DNA of 45,044 bases from contig CAZTIC010000002.1 of assembly GCA_964613625.1 (NCBI GenBank), positions 1 to 45,044 of the forward strand, given 5' to 3'. Shown here one piece after another: positions 18,140 to 28,026 of the stretch (its first letter is position 1; every line of letters begins with the position of its first letter). This DNA comes from an uncultured Gammaproteobacteria bacterium. Its GTDB lineage: Bacteria; Patescibacteriota; Patescibacteriia; Patescibacteriales; CAZTIC01. The notes under the pieces were generated by a model, which saw nothing but the letters and a program-made list of their open reading frames with translations, was not told the DNA's origin and searched no databases. Made by a program: the position numbers and the translations under genes.

Positions 18140-19922
18140 GATATTTTTTGTTATTTTTTAACCAAAGTTCTAAACATAAAAGTATCCATATTTCCATACC
18201 ATACTTTTTATCACATTTTTGATAAAATTTATTAATTATTTTTTGAATGTGTTTTTTATTTAGAAAAGAAAAAATAAAAGCCTCTGAAACAATAAAGGAA
18301 TTATGTATTAGATTTTTCATTTCATTTTTTTCTAGCCAGTCATTTATTGGTGGTCCAAATCCTTGCTTGCCTCTGTGCACGAATTCTTTCGGCATTATTT
18401 CTTCTAAAATGTCTTTTAGTATAATCTTGCCTTTTTTCTTGTTTGTTTTATATTCGGTAGGTATATTATAAACATATTCAACTAATTCTTTATCAAGAAA
18501 AGGTGCTCGTGTTTCAACGGAAGTCATCATTGAAGCTCTATCTATTTTAGAAAGTAAATCTCCAGGGAGATACATATTTAAATCGTAAATATTAATTTTA
18601 TCTAGATCAGAAAGTTTTTTACTATCATCATAATCAGTGGTAATTTTTGAATCAGCAATTTTTTTGTTTTTCCAAAGCCGTTTTCGTTCTTTTTTGTTTA
18701 TATATGTAATTTTTTTTAAATAATCACGGAATTGCTTAGGAAATAAATTAAAATTTTTTATTTTATGTTTCCACCCTATATTCCAATGACTCCAATACCA
18801 TCCATAGCCTAAGAATAATTCGTCTGCTCCATCCCCGCTAAGAAGAACTTTAGTGTTTTTGTCATGAGCTAACTTTGATATTAAATAAGTCGGGATTATA
18901 GCGGCGTCGGCATTTGGTTCGTCTAAATATTCGTAAACCTTTTTTAGCTCCTCAGCAATATTTACATTCATAATTAGCTCGTTGTGGTCAGATTTAATTT
19001 TATTAGCGGCTTTTTTCGCGAACGGTAGTTCATTTATAAAGTTTTCAAATCCTACTGAAAAAGTTTTTAAAGGTTTGTTTGTATGTTTCTGTGCCAGGTA
19101 TGAAACCAAGGTTGAGTCTACACCTCCGCTCAACATTGAACCGACTTCTACATCTGATACCATTCTTTTTTGAACCGATTTTTTTATTAGACTTTTTATT
19201 TTTTCTTTTGCGTCATCGTATTTGATATTAATTTCTTTTTTTCCCAATTTCCAATAGTTATAAGTAGTAATATTATCTATATTTTTGTAATCAACAATAC
19301 AATAATGAGCTGGTTTTAATGTATGAATGTTTTTGTAAATTGTTTTATATGGAGGAATAAAATTTAATTGCATAAAATTATCTATAGCCTCAAAATCAAT
19401 CACACCCTTAATAGTTCCAAGAGAAAATAAAGCCTTTATTTCTGAAGCAAAAATAAAATTATTATTTTCGTCAATTGCATAAAAAAAAGGTTTTTTTCCA
19501 AATCTATCACGGGCTAGAAAAAGTTGTTGTTTTGTATTATTCCAAATAGCAAAAGCAAACATTCCTTCAAAATATTCTAGACATTTAACGCCGTATTCGT
19601 TGTATGCTTTTAGAATTACTTCTGTATCAGAATTTGTTGAGAATATATGACCTTTATTTTTAAGCTTTTTTTTTAATTCTCGATAATTATAAATTTCTCC
19701 ATTATAGGTAATAGCTATATTTTTTTGATTATCTTGCATTGGTTGATGTCCACTCTTTAGGTCAATAATCGAAAGTCTTGTTTGCCCCAGTATACAATTA
19801 GGAAACCCTAAAATACCTTTATCATCCGGACCCCTTTTTGATAAAGTAGATAGCATTAATTCGATTTTTTCATTAGAGTAGTTTTTAAGGTTGCTACCCA
19901 TGATACCTAAAATTCCGCACAT
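18132..19922 (-). CDS. asnB: Asparagine synthase (glutamine-hydrolysing) family amidotransferase
   Basis: 596 aa. N-terminal MCGILG nucleophile, SGGVDSTLV PP-loop, LLSGDGADELFLGYGWY. Confidence 0.85.
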   Translation of the reverse strand: MCGILGIMGSNLKNYSNEKIELMLSTLSKRGPDDKGILGFPNCILGQTRLSIIDLKSGHQPMQDNQKNIAITYNGEIYNYRELKKKLKNKGHIFSTNSDTEVILKAYNEYGVKCLEYFEGMFAFAIWNNTKQQLFLARDRFGKKPFFYAIDENNNFIFASEIKALFSLGTIKGVIDFEAIDNFMQLNFIPPYKTIYKNIHTLKPAHYCIVDYKNIDNITTYNYWKLGKKEINIKYDDAKEKIKSLIKKSVQKRMVSDVEVGSMLSGGVDSTLVSYLAQKHTNKPLKTFSVGFENFINELPFAKKAANKIKSDHNELIMNVNIAEELKKVYEYLDEPNADAAIIPTYLISKLAHDKNTKVLLSGDGADELFLGYGWYWSHWNIGWKHKIKNFNLFPKQFRDYLKKITYINKKERKRLWKNKKIADSKITTDYDDSKKLSDLDKINIYDLNMYLPGDLLSKIDRASMMTSVETRAPFLDKELVEYVYNIPTEYKTNKKKGKIILKDILEEIMPKEFVHRGKQGFGPPINDWLEKNEMKNLIHNSFIVSEAFIFSFLNKKHIQKIINKFYQKCDKKYGMEIWILLCLELWLKNNKKYHA

Positions 19923-19930
19923 ATGTTATT

Positions 19931-20797
19931 TTATATTTTTATCCATGAATCTGGAATTAAATCGATAGTGTTCATTTTTTTTACTTCAAACCATTTTTTT
20001 GGAGCAATTATTATTTTTTTCGGATTATCATTGAGCCATGCCCCCCACCAGCTAAACGAACTATTAGCTATTATATTATGTTTACATTTGCTCATAAGGA
20101 TTAATTCTTCGTAATTTTGTAGTTTTCCGCCACTTACAAAAAAATTAGTAGACTTAGTATTTAGATTTTTTTTGACCCACTCTATGTCATCTGAAAAGAT
20201 AAAGAAAGTTGGATTATCAAGTTTTTTCTTAACTATTTGGATCGCTTTATTGTAATAATCTAACGAACATATTCCATGATGCTTGAGCGTTTCTTTGTTT
20301 TTTACATAATCTCCACGACGGATATGTAGCGAGATTGAATTTTTTGATTTTATTTGCGTTACTTTATTTTTATATTTATTACTTGGGTTTTTTATTGTGA
20401 AATCTTTTTTTATAATATCTTTTATGTCGATAAAATATTTTTCACTTTGCCAAAAGCCATCAAGGTAAACATTATTTTTTGCATTAAAGATATTAGGGAT
20501 AAAGTTGAATTGATGTTCTAAGATATATTTAGATTCGTCAGCAAATAGAGCATTATAAAATTTTCTAATTATTTTTTTATTTGATTTTTTATATTTTTTA
20601 AAATAATTAATTTCTTTTTTTGTTGCAAAGTTTTCCTTTATATTAAAATTGCATAATCCATATTCATGTAATTTATAGTCTAAAAAACCAATTTTGTCTA
20701 ACTTGAATTTCGTATTATTTTTATGAGCAATGTATCGTCCCATGGCATATTGGAACATTTGATTACCAAGTCCTTCAATTAATTTTACAATAATCAT
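19931..20797 (-). CDS. GT11 alpha-1,2-fucosyltransferase-family glycosyltransferase
   Basis: GLGNQMFQYA, SLHIRRGDYV, IFSDD and IIANSSFSWWGAWLN motifs. Confidence 0.8.
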   Translation of the reverse strand: MIIVKLIEGLGNQMFQYAMGRYIAHKNNTKFKLDKIGFLDYKLHEYGLCNFNIKENFATKKEINYFKKYKKSNKKIIRKFYNALFADESKYILEHQFNFIPNIFNAKNNVYLDGFWQSEKYFIDIKDIIKKDFTIKNPSNKYKNKVTQIKSKNSISLHIRRGDYVKNKETLKHHGICSLDYYNKAIQIVKKKLDNPTFFIFSDDIEWVKKNLNTKSTNFFVSGGKLQNYEELILMSKCKHNIIANSSFSWWGAWLNDNPKKIIIAPKKWFEVKKMNTIDLIPDSWIKI

Positions 20798-20800
20798 ATT

Positions 20801-21976
20801 TTATTTTTTGTATAAACAATTAATTATAGTTTTTAAATCATTTTTAGAAAGTTCCGGATAGTTTCCGCAATAAAATCCGTTATTATGTATAAAGTTTGTT
20901 CCAGGAAGATTAAGTTTGTTTCTCACATATTTTTTATAAAAAGGTTGTTCTTGGATATTTCCAGCAATCATAGGTCTTATTTCAATATTCGCATCCAAAA
21001 ATCGAGCCATATATTTTTTTCTTAACAGAGGTGTTTTGCAAATTATGGGCATAGCAAACGGAGATATTCTAAGTAAATGATTATGATCTATTAAAATAAG
21101 ATCATCGTTTTCTTTTATAATCTTCTCTGCTATTAAAAAGTTTTCTTCTCTCTTTTTTATATTTTTATCTAATAATTTTAATTGTGATAATCCGAGAAAC
21201 CCTGTAATTTCTGTGGGGCGCATATTAAAACCTAAATCATAGAATGTATATTTTGCGTTAAATTCAGAAGATATTTTATAATTTTTTCGCCAATATTTTT
21301 GTCTGTGTTTTGGAAGGTTTCTATCCCATCCGTTTGCTCTTGTGATACGAAGCATTTCTGCAAATTTATAATCATCAGTGCAAACCATTCCTCCTTCTAT
21401 TGTTGACATATGATGAGCTACAAAAAAAGAAAAGCTTCCACCAATGCCAAAATTACCAGAATTACCACTTGGTAATTTTGTTCCTAGAGATTCACAGTTA
21501 TCTTCAATTAAAATTATATTATTTTTATGACATATTTTTTTAATTTTTTGAAGATCGCCAGTGAATCCTAAAGCATTAGTTATAAAGAAGGCGTCTATTT
21601 TTACTTTTGATAATACGTCTAATAAATTTGTAGACATTACATTTAAAGTATTAATATTACAATCTATTGCTATTGGCTTCATTCCTAATTGAATAATAGG
21701 CATTACGTTAGTCGACCATGTAAGAGAGGAAAATCCTATAGAATCACCATTTTTTATTTTTCCTAAATTTTTTAATGCTTGGAGCATTGCTAAATTTGCA
21801 CTTCCTCCACTATTAAAAAGAATTGCTTCTTTGCAATTTTGTTTTTTTGCAAAAGCATTTTCAAAATCTTCGCACTTTTTCCCCATGCTTAATTTATCAC
21901 TTTTTAAAATAAAATTTGCTAAAGCTTTTTTTGTTGCTCGTTCGTTAAGAAAAGCGTGTTTCATTAATGGAATCAT
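20801..21976 (-). CDS. colD: DegT-fold PLP/PMP enzyme of the His-for-Lys type: GDP-4-keto-6-deoxy-D-mannose 3-dehydratase (ColD-like)
   Basis: LIEDNCESLGT, GSFSFFVAHHMSTIEGGMVCTDD (His where aminotransferases carry the Schiff-base Lys), ITRANGWDRNLP, GFNMRPTEITG, IEIRPMIAGN. 391 aa. Compared with ColD from memory. Confidence 0.65.
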   Translation of the reverse strand: MIPLMKHAFLNERATKKALANFILKSDKLSMGKKCEDFENAFAKKQNCKEAILFNSGGSANLAMLQALKNLGKIKNGDSIGFSSLTWSTNVMPIIQLGMKPIAIDCNINTLNVMSTNLLDVLSKVKIDAFFITNALGFTGDLQKIKKICHKNNIILIEDNCESLGTKLPSGNSGNFGIGGSFSFFVAHHMSTIEGGMVCTDDYKFAEMLRITRANGWDRNLPKHRQKYWRKNYKISSEFNAKYTFYDLGFNMRPTEITGFLGLSQLKLLDKNIKKREENFLIAEKIIKENDDLILIDHNHLLRISPFAMPIICKTPLLRKKYMARFLDANIEIRPMIAGNIQEQPFYKKYVRNKLNLPGTNFIHNNGFYCGNYPELSKNDLKTIINCLYKK

Positions 21977-22003
21977 TTTATTTTTGTATATTATTGTATT
22001 AAT

Positions 22004-22942
22004 TTATTTTTTTAATAATTTTTTAATAAATTTTTTATAATTTCTTTCTTTTAGATAAATAAAAAATGATCTGGGCAGTCTAATTAAAAGCAAAAATATT
22101 GCTAATGGGCGATAAGGGGTTTCTTGCAAGGCCTCTATGTGTCCTTGCAAATATTGTTTAAATCGACCGAAAGGGAATATATGATTTTTTGGGTTTTTAA
22201 TTATAATTTTTTTTGCTTTATCAGGTGTATCGTTTTTATTTAATTCAGGACTTGAAAATCCACCAAGTCGTTTTTTAAATAGAATGTTTTTATCAATAAA
22301 TATTTCAAAGTGACTAACGATAGCGAGGCTAAAATGGTAATCAGATCCCCATACCATTCTTTGCGGATAAATTTCCCATACTTTTTTTATAGCTTTAGTT
22401 TTGAATACACTATACATCAAATTGCATTTTCCTAATATTTCAGGTTGGAGAATATATTTTATAATTTGTTTCATGCTTGGTTTTCCGGAAAGTTTAGCCA
22501 TCTCATTTAACTCTCTTAAATTTCTTCCGTAGGAATCTACGTCCGCTACAACAGTGGTAGCAATATCAATTTTTTTATCTTCTATATTTTTAACACATGT
22601 TTTAACGAAGTCTTTTTCCCAGAGGTCATCTTGCGAGGCCCACATGAAATAAGGCAAATTGGCCTTATTTAAAACAAATTCAAAATTTGGAAACATGCCA
22701 ATATTTTTTTCTTGTTTGTAATAAATAATTCGTGAATCTTTGTCAGCGTATTCTCTGCAAATTATAGAGGAGTTGTCAGTGGAGTTGTCATCTGAAATAT
22801 ATAATTCCCAATTTGTATATGATTGATTTATTAAAGAATTAACTGCCTCTTCAAGAAAGCGTTCTCCATTGTACACTGTCATTCCTATAAATACTTCATT
22901 TGTCATAAATTTTTGTTTTTTTAGAGAAGAATATTTTCCCAT
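22004..22942 (-). CDS. Glycosyltransferase family 2
   Basis: IGMTVYNGERFLEEAVNSLINQSYTNWELYISDDNSTDNS ... ASQDD. The start may instead be the ATG at 22906 (MTNEV...), which removes the 22-nt overlap with wzt. Confidence 0.8.
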   Translation of the reverse strand: MGKYSSLKKQKFMTNEVFIGMTVYNGERFLEEAVNSLINQSYTNWELYISDDNSTDNSSIICREYADKDSRIIYYKQEKNIGMFPNFEFVLNKANLPYFMWASQDDLWEKDFVKTCVKNIEDKKIDIATTVVADVDSYGRNLRELNEMAKLSGKPSMKQIIKYILQPEILGKCNLMYSVFKTKAIKKVWEIYPQRMVWGSDYHFSLAIVSHFEIFIDKNILFKKRLGGFSSPELNKNDTPDKAKKIIIKNPKNHIFPFGRFKQYLQGHIEALQETPYRPLAIFLLLIRLPRSFFIYLKERNYKKFIKKLLKK

Positions 22943-24192
22943 TCTAAACGAGGACGTACTACTCCTGGGATTTTTTGGTTGAAGTCGTTTTTTCTGGAGT
23001 TCATAATATTATCAATAACATTAAATACGACAGCTTCTTGTTGTGAGAAGTGAATTTTAAGCGGCTTCATAGTTGATACAACAACTTGTGCTGTATAAGT
23101 GCCTTCGTTTAATAAATTTTCTGGAATCCACATAGTAGCGCGGTGTTTTCCTTTCACTCCTAATTTTTTATTATATTCTTCATGATTCATAAAAGCACGT
23201 TCACCTGTTGACGTGAAAATATGTATGTTTGGGATAGGAGTATATTCATTTTTTAATATTTCATATGTAAAATCTATTCCTATTTTTTTGTCTGCAGTAG
23301 TGAAAGGTATCTTATTATAATTTTCATCTATAATTCTAGCAGAATGAAGGATGGCGACATCATCTCCGGGAGCTTCTTCTTTTTTCCACTTTGTTTCTGT
23401 TCCTCGAGATCCTATTTCGGCAATATAGCGGTTTATTACTTTTTCTGTTTCATCAAACATAACAACCTTACCTTTTTCAAGAAGAATTGTTTTTTTACAA
23501 AGTCTCTGAATTGCCGCCATGTTGTGGCTTACAAAAAGAATTGTTCTACCTTCGGTTTTTGAGGTAGCATCTAATTTACCAAGAGATTTTTTTTGAAATT
23601 CTGCATCTCCTACAGCCAAAACTTCATCTACGACTAGAATATCTGGTTCCATGTGAGCCGCTACAGCAAAGGCTAGTCGAACATACATCCCAGATGAATA
23701 TCTTTTTACTGGAGTGTCTAAAAATTTTTCTATTCCAGAGAATTCTACGATATCATCAAAACGTTCAACTATTTCTTTTTTTGTCATTCCTAGAATTGCG
23801 CCATTAAGAAAAATATTTTCTCGACCCGAAAGCTCTGGGTGAAAACCGGTGCCAACTTCGAGTAATGAGGCAACACGACCATTTAATTTTATTTCTCCAG
23901 TCGTTGGGGGAGTGATTCTAGAAAGAATTTTTAGAAGAGTAGATTTTCCAGCACCATTTGATCCTATAATACCAATTATTTCACCTTTTTTAATCGTTAA
24001 GTTTACGTCTTTAAGTGCCCAGAATTCTTCTTTTTCTATTCTGCCTAATGCTTTTTTTGCTTTGTGCTTAGCATGTTTGAAAGGATTTTTTAATATATTT
24101 GTTATTACATCTCTTAGCGAAACATAACCACCACGTTGATGCGTGATGTTATATTTTTTTCCTACATTTTTTATTTCAATTGCGTTTTTCAT
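22921..24192 (-). CDS. wzt: Polysaccharide ABC exporter ATP-binding protein with C-terminal extension (Wzt/TagH type)
   Basis: Walker A GSNGAGKST, signature YSSGMYVRLAF, Walker B ILVVDE, plus about 170 extra C-terminal residues (beta-rich; Wzt C-terminal carbohydrate-binding-domain position). Confidence 0.85.
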   Translation of the reverse strand: MKNAIEIKNVGKKYNITHQRGGYVSLRDVITNILKNPFKHAKHKAKKALGRIEKEEFWALKDVNLTIKKGEIIGIIGSNGAGKSTLLKILSRITPPTTGEIKLNGRVASLLEVGTGFHPELSGRENIFLNGAILGMTKKEIVERFDDIVEFSGIEKFLDTPVKRYSSGMYVRLAFAVAAHMEPDILVVDEVLAVGDAEFQKKSLGKLDATSKTEGRTILFVSHNMAAIQRLCKKTILLEKGKVVMFDETEKVINRYIAEIGSRGTETKWKKEEAPGDDVAILHSARIIDENYNKIPFTTADKKIGIDFTYEILKNEYTPIPNIHIFTSTGERAFMNHEEYNKKLGVKGKHRATMWIPENLLNEGTYTAQVVVSTMKPLKIHFSQQEAVVFNVIDNIMNSRKNDFNQKIPGVVRPRLEWENILL

Positions 24193-24204
24193 ATATAAAA
24201 TTAT

Positions 24205-25023
24205 TTAAACGATATCAGCGAAATGTCGCTCTGTTTTTTTAAAAAATACTACACCTATTACAAGTAATATTAAAACAGCTATTAGGGAAATTCCGAGTAG
24301 CTCCCAGTTTATAGGGGCATTGCCAAAAAGAGCAGCCCGAGATGCTTTTATTACTCCTGTCATCGGATTCATGGCTAGTATCCAGGAGTATTTTCCTGCA
24401 ATACTTGCCGGGTATATTACAGGGGTTACAAAAAGCATCATCTGGATAAAATAAGGAAGAATATAACGAACATCTCGGTATTTAACGTTTACAGATGCTA
24501 AAAATAATCCACCGCCAACAGCTGCAATAAATGTTATTAAAAGTAATAATGGTAAAATTAAAATAATTATTAAATTAGGAACGAAATTATAATAAAACAT
24601 TAATCCTACAAGAATCAGTGAAGCGATACCAAAATCAACAAATTTAGTAACTATTCCTGAAATTGGCAAGATAAGTCTTGGGAAATATACTTTTGTTATT
24701 ATGCCAGCATTTCCAACCAATGAATTACTTGTTTCGGTAAGTGCGGTTGAGAAAAATTGCCAAAATAAAAGACCAGAGTAAACGAAGATTGGATAGGGAA
24801 TTCCGTCGGAAGGCATTTTTGCCAAGCCTCCAAAGAAAACACTAAAAACTACCATAGCCATGAAGGGTTGAAAAATTGCCCAAGCAACACCAACAAATGT
24901 TTGTTTGTATCTAACTTTGATATCTCTCCAAGCAAAAAAATATGCTAGTTCACGATATTGCCAGACTTCTTTGAAATCATTCCAGCTGAAAGTTTTTTTA
25001 GGTTTTATTACTATTGTTTTCAT
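24205..25023 (-). CDS. wzm: ABC-2 type polysaccharide exporter permease (Wzm/TagG type)
   Basis: 272 aa, about 6 TM segments. N-terminal YRELAYFFAWRDIKVRYKQTFVGVAWAIFQP is typical of ABC-2 permeases. Confidence 0.85.
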   Translation of the reverse strand: MKTIVIKPKKTFSWNDFKEVWQYRELAYFFAWRDIKVRYKQTFVGVAWAIFQPFMAMVVFSVFFGGLAKMPSDGIPYPIFVYSGLLFWQFFSTALTETSNSLVGNAGIITKVYFPRLILPISGIVTKFVDFGIASLILVGLMFYYNFVPNLIIILILPLLLLITFIAAVGGGLFLASVNVKYRDVRYILPYFIQMMLFVTPVIYPASIAGKYSWILAMNPMTGVIKASRAALFGNAPINWELLGISLIAVLILLVIGVVFFKKTERHFADIV

Positions 25024-25036
25024 ATTGTTTGTATAG

Positions 25037-25094
25037 TCTGTAAAGTTCTTAAAGTTACTTTATGACTTTATAGACTTTTGACTTTCTGACTTTA
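25037..25094. repeat. GACTTTA-family motif cluster forming an imperfect palindrome (site A)
   Basis: Left half TCTGTAAAGTTCTTAAAGTT. Right half GACTTTA ta GACTTTT GACTTTC t GACTTTA (25064-25094). The last unit overlaps the fcl stop codon. Confidence 0.65.
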
Positions 25095-26018
25095 TAAACT
25101 ATTCTTATACCATTTATAAGTATTTTTAATTCCGGTTTCTAAATCAATTTTATATTTCCAGCCAACTGTATGTATTTTATCAACATTTAATAATTTTCTA
25201 GGTGTGCCATTTGGTTTTGATGTATCCCATTTAATTTCACCTTTAAATTTAGTTTCTTTTTTAATAATTTCAGCTAATTTTTTAATAGTTATATCAATTC
25301 CAGTGCCGATATTTATTATTTCTGATTCGTTGTAATTTTTCATCAAAAATATACAGGCGTCAGCTAGATCATTAACATGAAGGAATTCTCGCTTGGGTTT
25401 CCCAGTACCCCAACACATTACTTCGCTATCGTTATTTATCTTAGCATCATGAAATTTTCTAATTAAAGCTGGCAGGGCATGAGACGATTTTAAATCAAAA
25501 TTATCATTTGGTCCATATAGGTTAGTCGGCATTACTGAAATAAAATTTGTTCCGTATTGCTTGTTGTATGATTCGCACATTGTCAAGCCTGCAATTTTGG
25601 CGATAGCATAGGATTTGTTAGTCGGCTCCAGTGGACCAGTTAATAAGTATTCTTCTTTTATGGGTTGGGGGGCATTTTTTGGATAAATACATGAACTGCC
25701 CAGAAATAATAATTTTTTTATATTATTTAAATAAGCATTATGAATAACGTTATTTTGTATTTGTAGATTTTCGTATATGTAATTAGCTGGATAATTTACG
25801 TTATCTATAATGCCTCCGACTTTTGCAGCAGCTAAAAAAATAAATTCTGGCGATTCATTTTTAAAAAATTTTGTCACAGCATTAAAGTCTAATAAATCGA
25901 GCTCAGCTCTTGTTCTGGTTATTATATTGGTGTAGCCAAGTTGTTTTAATGATCTTAGTATGGCGGAGCCAGCCATTCCTCGATGTCCGGCTATGAAAAT
26001 TTTTGAATTTTTTTGCAT
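25092..26018 (-). CDS. fcl: GDP-L-fucose synthase family (Fcl/WcaG; could be the GDP-colitose synthase ColC paralogue)
   Basis: IFIAGHRGMAGSA Rossmann motif, YAIAKIAG (YxxxK), NLYGPNDNF, CWGTGKPKREFLHVNDLA. The track ORF extends to 26084, but the ATG at 26018 (MQKNSKIFIAGH) avoids a 47-nt overlap. Confidence 0.8.
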   Translation of the reverse strand: MQKNSKIFIAGHRGMAGSAILRSLKQLGYTNIITRTRAELDLLDFNAVTKFFKNESPEFIFLAAAKVGGIIDNVNYPANYIYENLQIQNNVIHNAYLNNIKKLLFLGSSCIYPKNAPQPIKEEYLLTGPLEPTNKSYAIAKIAGLTMCESYNKQYGTNFISVMPTNLYGPNDNFDLKSSHALPALIRKFHDAKINNDSEVMCWGTGKPKREFLHVNDLADACIFLMKNYNESEIINIGTGIDITIKKLAEIIKKETKFKGEIKWDTSKPNGTPRKLLNVDKIHTVGWKYKIDLETGIKNTYKWYKNSL

Positions 26019-26037
26019 ATTGTTTTGTGATAATAAT

Positions 26038-26853
26038 TTATTGTTTATTGTTTTTGATTTTTTTACTCCAAAAAGAATCTCCAATTTCGGCTAATATTGA
26101 AGAATATTGATTTAATCTTTTTTGTTTAAGTTCTCTGTTGTTTTCTTCATAAAGTTTTTCACTTTCATCGTAGTCAAAGGAGACGGGGACTGAGGATATT
26201 TTTTTATTGTCAGAGTAGGCGTTAATTACCGGCTTAATAATTGAATCCCATTTGTCGAGATCACTTTTGTAGTTAAGGAAATATTGTGCGCCTGCTTTAT
26301 TGAACATTTTAGGGCCAAACCATAAATCATATATTTTATCTAGCTTATCAGAGGCTTTTTTGTTGGCTCTTGATTCTATCCATGATTGAAATTTTGGCAT
26401 TGAGTTTTTGTTTTTTCTTTCTGGTACAACTATGTCTGCATTTCCTTTTCTTAGGATATTTATCATGTCAGATATATTATTCTCGCAAAGTAGACTCCAT
26501 TTTTCTGGTTCTGCCCATAGGTAATTTGTTGGAGTATTATTTTGGGAAATTTTAATAGCTTCGTTGAGTGCGTGCCTGCGGCTTTCTCCCATGCTTAAAT
26601 CAGTTTTTTGTACTAGTTTAATATTTTCATACTCTTCTAGTTTATTTAAAAAAGAAGAATTTGATCCGCCGTCTATTACTACTGTCTTTATTTCAAGTTT
26701 ATCGGCATTTTCAAAAAATTTTAATGCAAGTTTTTCTCTTATTTTTGAAGTATCATCCTCTTTGTAGAAAGTTGTTGTGAAGATAATCAAATCATCAAAT
26801 TTTTCTTTTTTTTCTTGTTGTTCAATGCGTTTTTGAATCTCGAAATTTTCCAT
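26038..26853 (-). CDS. Hypothetical protein, possibly GT-A-like nucleotide-sugar enzyme
   Basis: 271 aa between gmd and fcl. IIFTTTFYKEDD ... KTVVIDGGSNSSF ... WAEPEK ... ADIVVPER looks Rossmann-like/GT-A-like, but I recognise no family. Confidence 0.4.
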   Translation of the reverse strand: MENFEIQKRIEQQEKKEKFDDLIIFTTTFYKEDDTSKIREKLALKFFENADKLEIKTVVIDGGSNSSFLNKLEEYENIKLVQKTDLSMGESRRHALNEAIKISQNNTPTNYLWAEPEKWSLLCENNISDMINILRKGNADIVVPERKNKNSMPKFQSWIESRANKKASDKLDKIYDLWFGPKMFNKAGAQYFLNYKSDLDKWDSIIKPVINAYSDNKKISSVPVSFDYDESEKLYEENNRELKQKRLNQYSSILAEIGDSFWSKKIKNNKQ

Positions 26854-26919
26854 ATTGTTAAATTAAAATTTTTACTCATCTAAAGCTTGCTTTGTTGAGG
26901 GTGTAGTTATTTCGGTTAG

Positions 26920-27978
26920 TTAATAGCCGTTATTTTTTAAATGCATTTCTTTTTCTGCTTCTTTCATGTCGCTTTCTATCATTTCTTTAACTAGTTCTTC
27001 AAAGGATATTTTGGTTTCCCAGCCGAGCTTTTCTTTTGCTTTTTTTGGATCACCTAGCAGGGAGTCAACTTCTGTTGGGCGGAAGTATTCTGGGTTTATT
27101 TCGATTATAGTTTCTTCTGTATCTTTGTTTATTCCTTTTTCATTAACTCCTTTTCCTTGCCATTCTATTGTGACGTCAATTTCTTTGAAGGCTACTTCAC
27201 AGAATTCTCTAACAGAGTATTGTTTTCCAGATGCTATTACAAAGTCTTGTGGCCTATCTTGTTGCATCATAAGATACATTGCCTCAACGTAGTCACGAGC
27301 ATGACCCCAGTCTCGTTTTGCATCTAGATTGCCGAGTTGGATTTTATCTTGAAGTCCAAGCTTGATTCTGCAAACTGCCCTAGTTACTTTTCTAGTAACA
27401 AAGGTTTCACCGCGACGAGGTGATTCATGATTAAAAAGAATTCCACTTACCGCAAATATATTATATGCTTCACGGTAGTTAATTGTAATCCAGTGAGAGT
27501 AAAGCTTGGCTACTCCATATGGGCTTCTAGGGTAGAATGGAGTATTTTCGTTTTGTGGTGGGGTAGAGGCACCAAACATTTCACTAGTTGAAGCTTGGTA
27601 AAAGCGTGTTTTCTTTTCGAGTCCTAGTATACGAATGGCTTCTAGAATTCGCAAGGCTCCAATAGCATCTGAGTTGGCAGTATATTCTGGAGTTTCAAAG
27701 GAAACTTTTACATGACTTTGTGCACCAAGATTGTATACCTCGTCTGGTTGAATTTTTTTTAGTAAGCCAACAATATTGGTTGAATCAGTTAAGTCTCCAT
27801 AATGTAAAATAAAGTTTCTGTTATTAATTTGCGGATCTTGATAAATGTGGTCGATACGAGCGGTATTAAAAGAAGAAGATCTTCTTTTTAATCCATGAAC
27901 TTCGTAGCCTTTTTTGAGTAATAATTCAGCCAGATATGAGCCATCTTGCCCGGTGATTCCTGTTATTAAAGCTTTCAT
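26920..27978 (-). CDS. gmd: GDP-mannose 4,6-dehydratase
   Basis: [70 protein letters not shown]. Confidence 0.92.
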   Translation of the reverse strand: MKALITGITGQDGSYLAELLLKKGYEVHGLKRRSSSFNTARIDHIYQDPQINNRNFILHYGDLTDSTNIVGLLKKIQPDEVYNLGAQSHVKVSFETPEYTANSDAIGALRILEAIRILGLEKKTRFYQASTSEMFGASTPPQNENTPFYPRSPYGVAKLYSHWITINYREAYNIFAVSGILFNHESPRRGETFVTRKVTRAVCRIKLGLQDKIQLGNLDAKRDWGHARDYVEAMYLMMQQDRPQDFVIASGKQYSVREFCEVAFKEIDVTIEWQGKGVNEKGINKDTEETIIEINPEYFRPTEVDSLLGDPKKAKEKLGWETKISFEELVKEMIESDMKEAEKEMHLKNNGY

Positions 27979-27982
27979 AAAT

Positions 27983-28021
27983 TAGTCTTTAAAGTTAAAA
28001 GTTCATAAAGTCTATAAAGTT
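27983..28021. repeat. GACTTTA-family motifs in inverted orientation (site B)
   Basis: The plus strand reads TAGTCTTTAAAGTTAAAAGTTCATAAAGTCTATAAAGTT. CATAAAGTCTATAAAGT is the reverse complement of units in the 28383-28501 array. Confidence 0.6.
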
Positions 28022-28026
28022 TTGAT

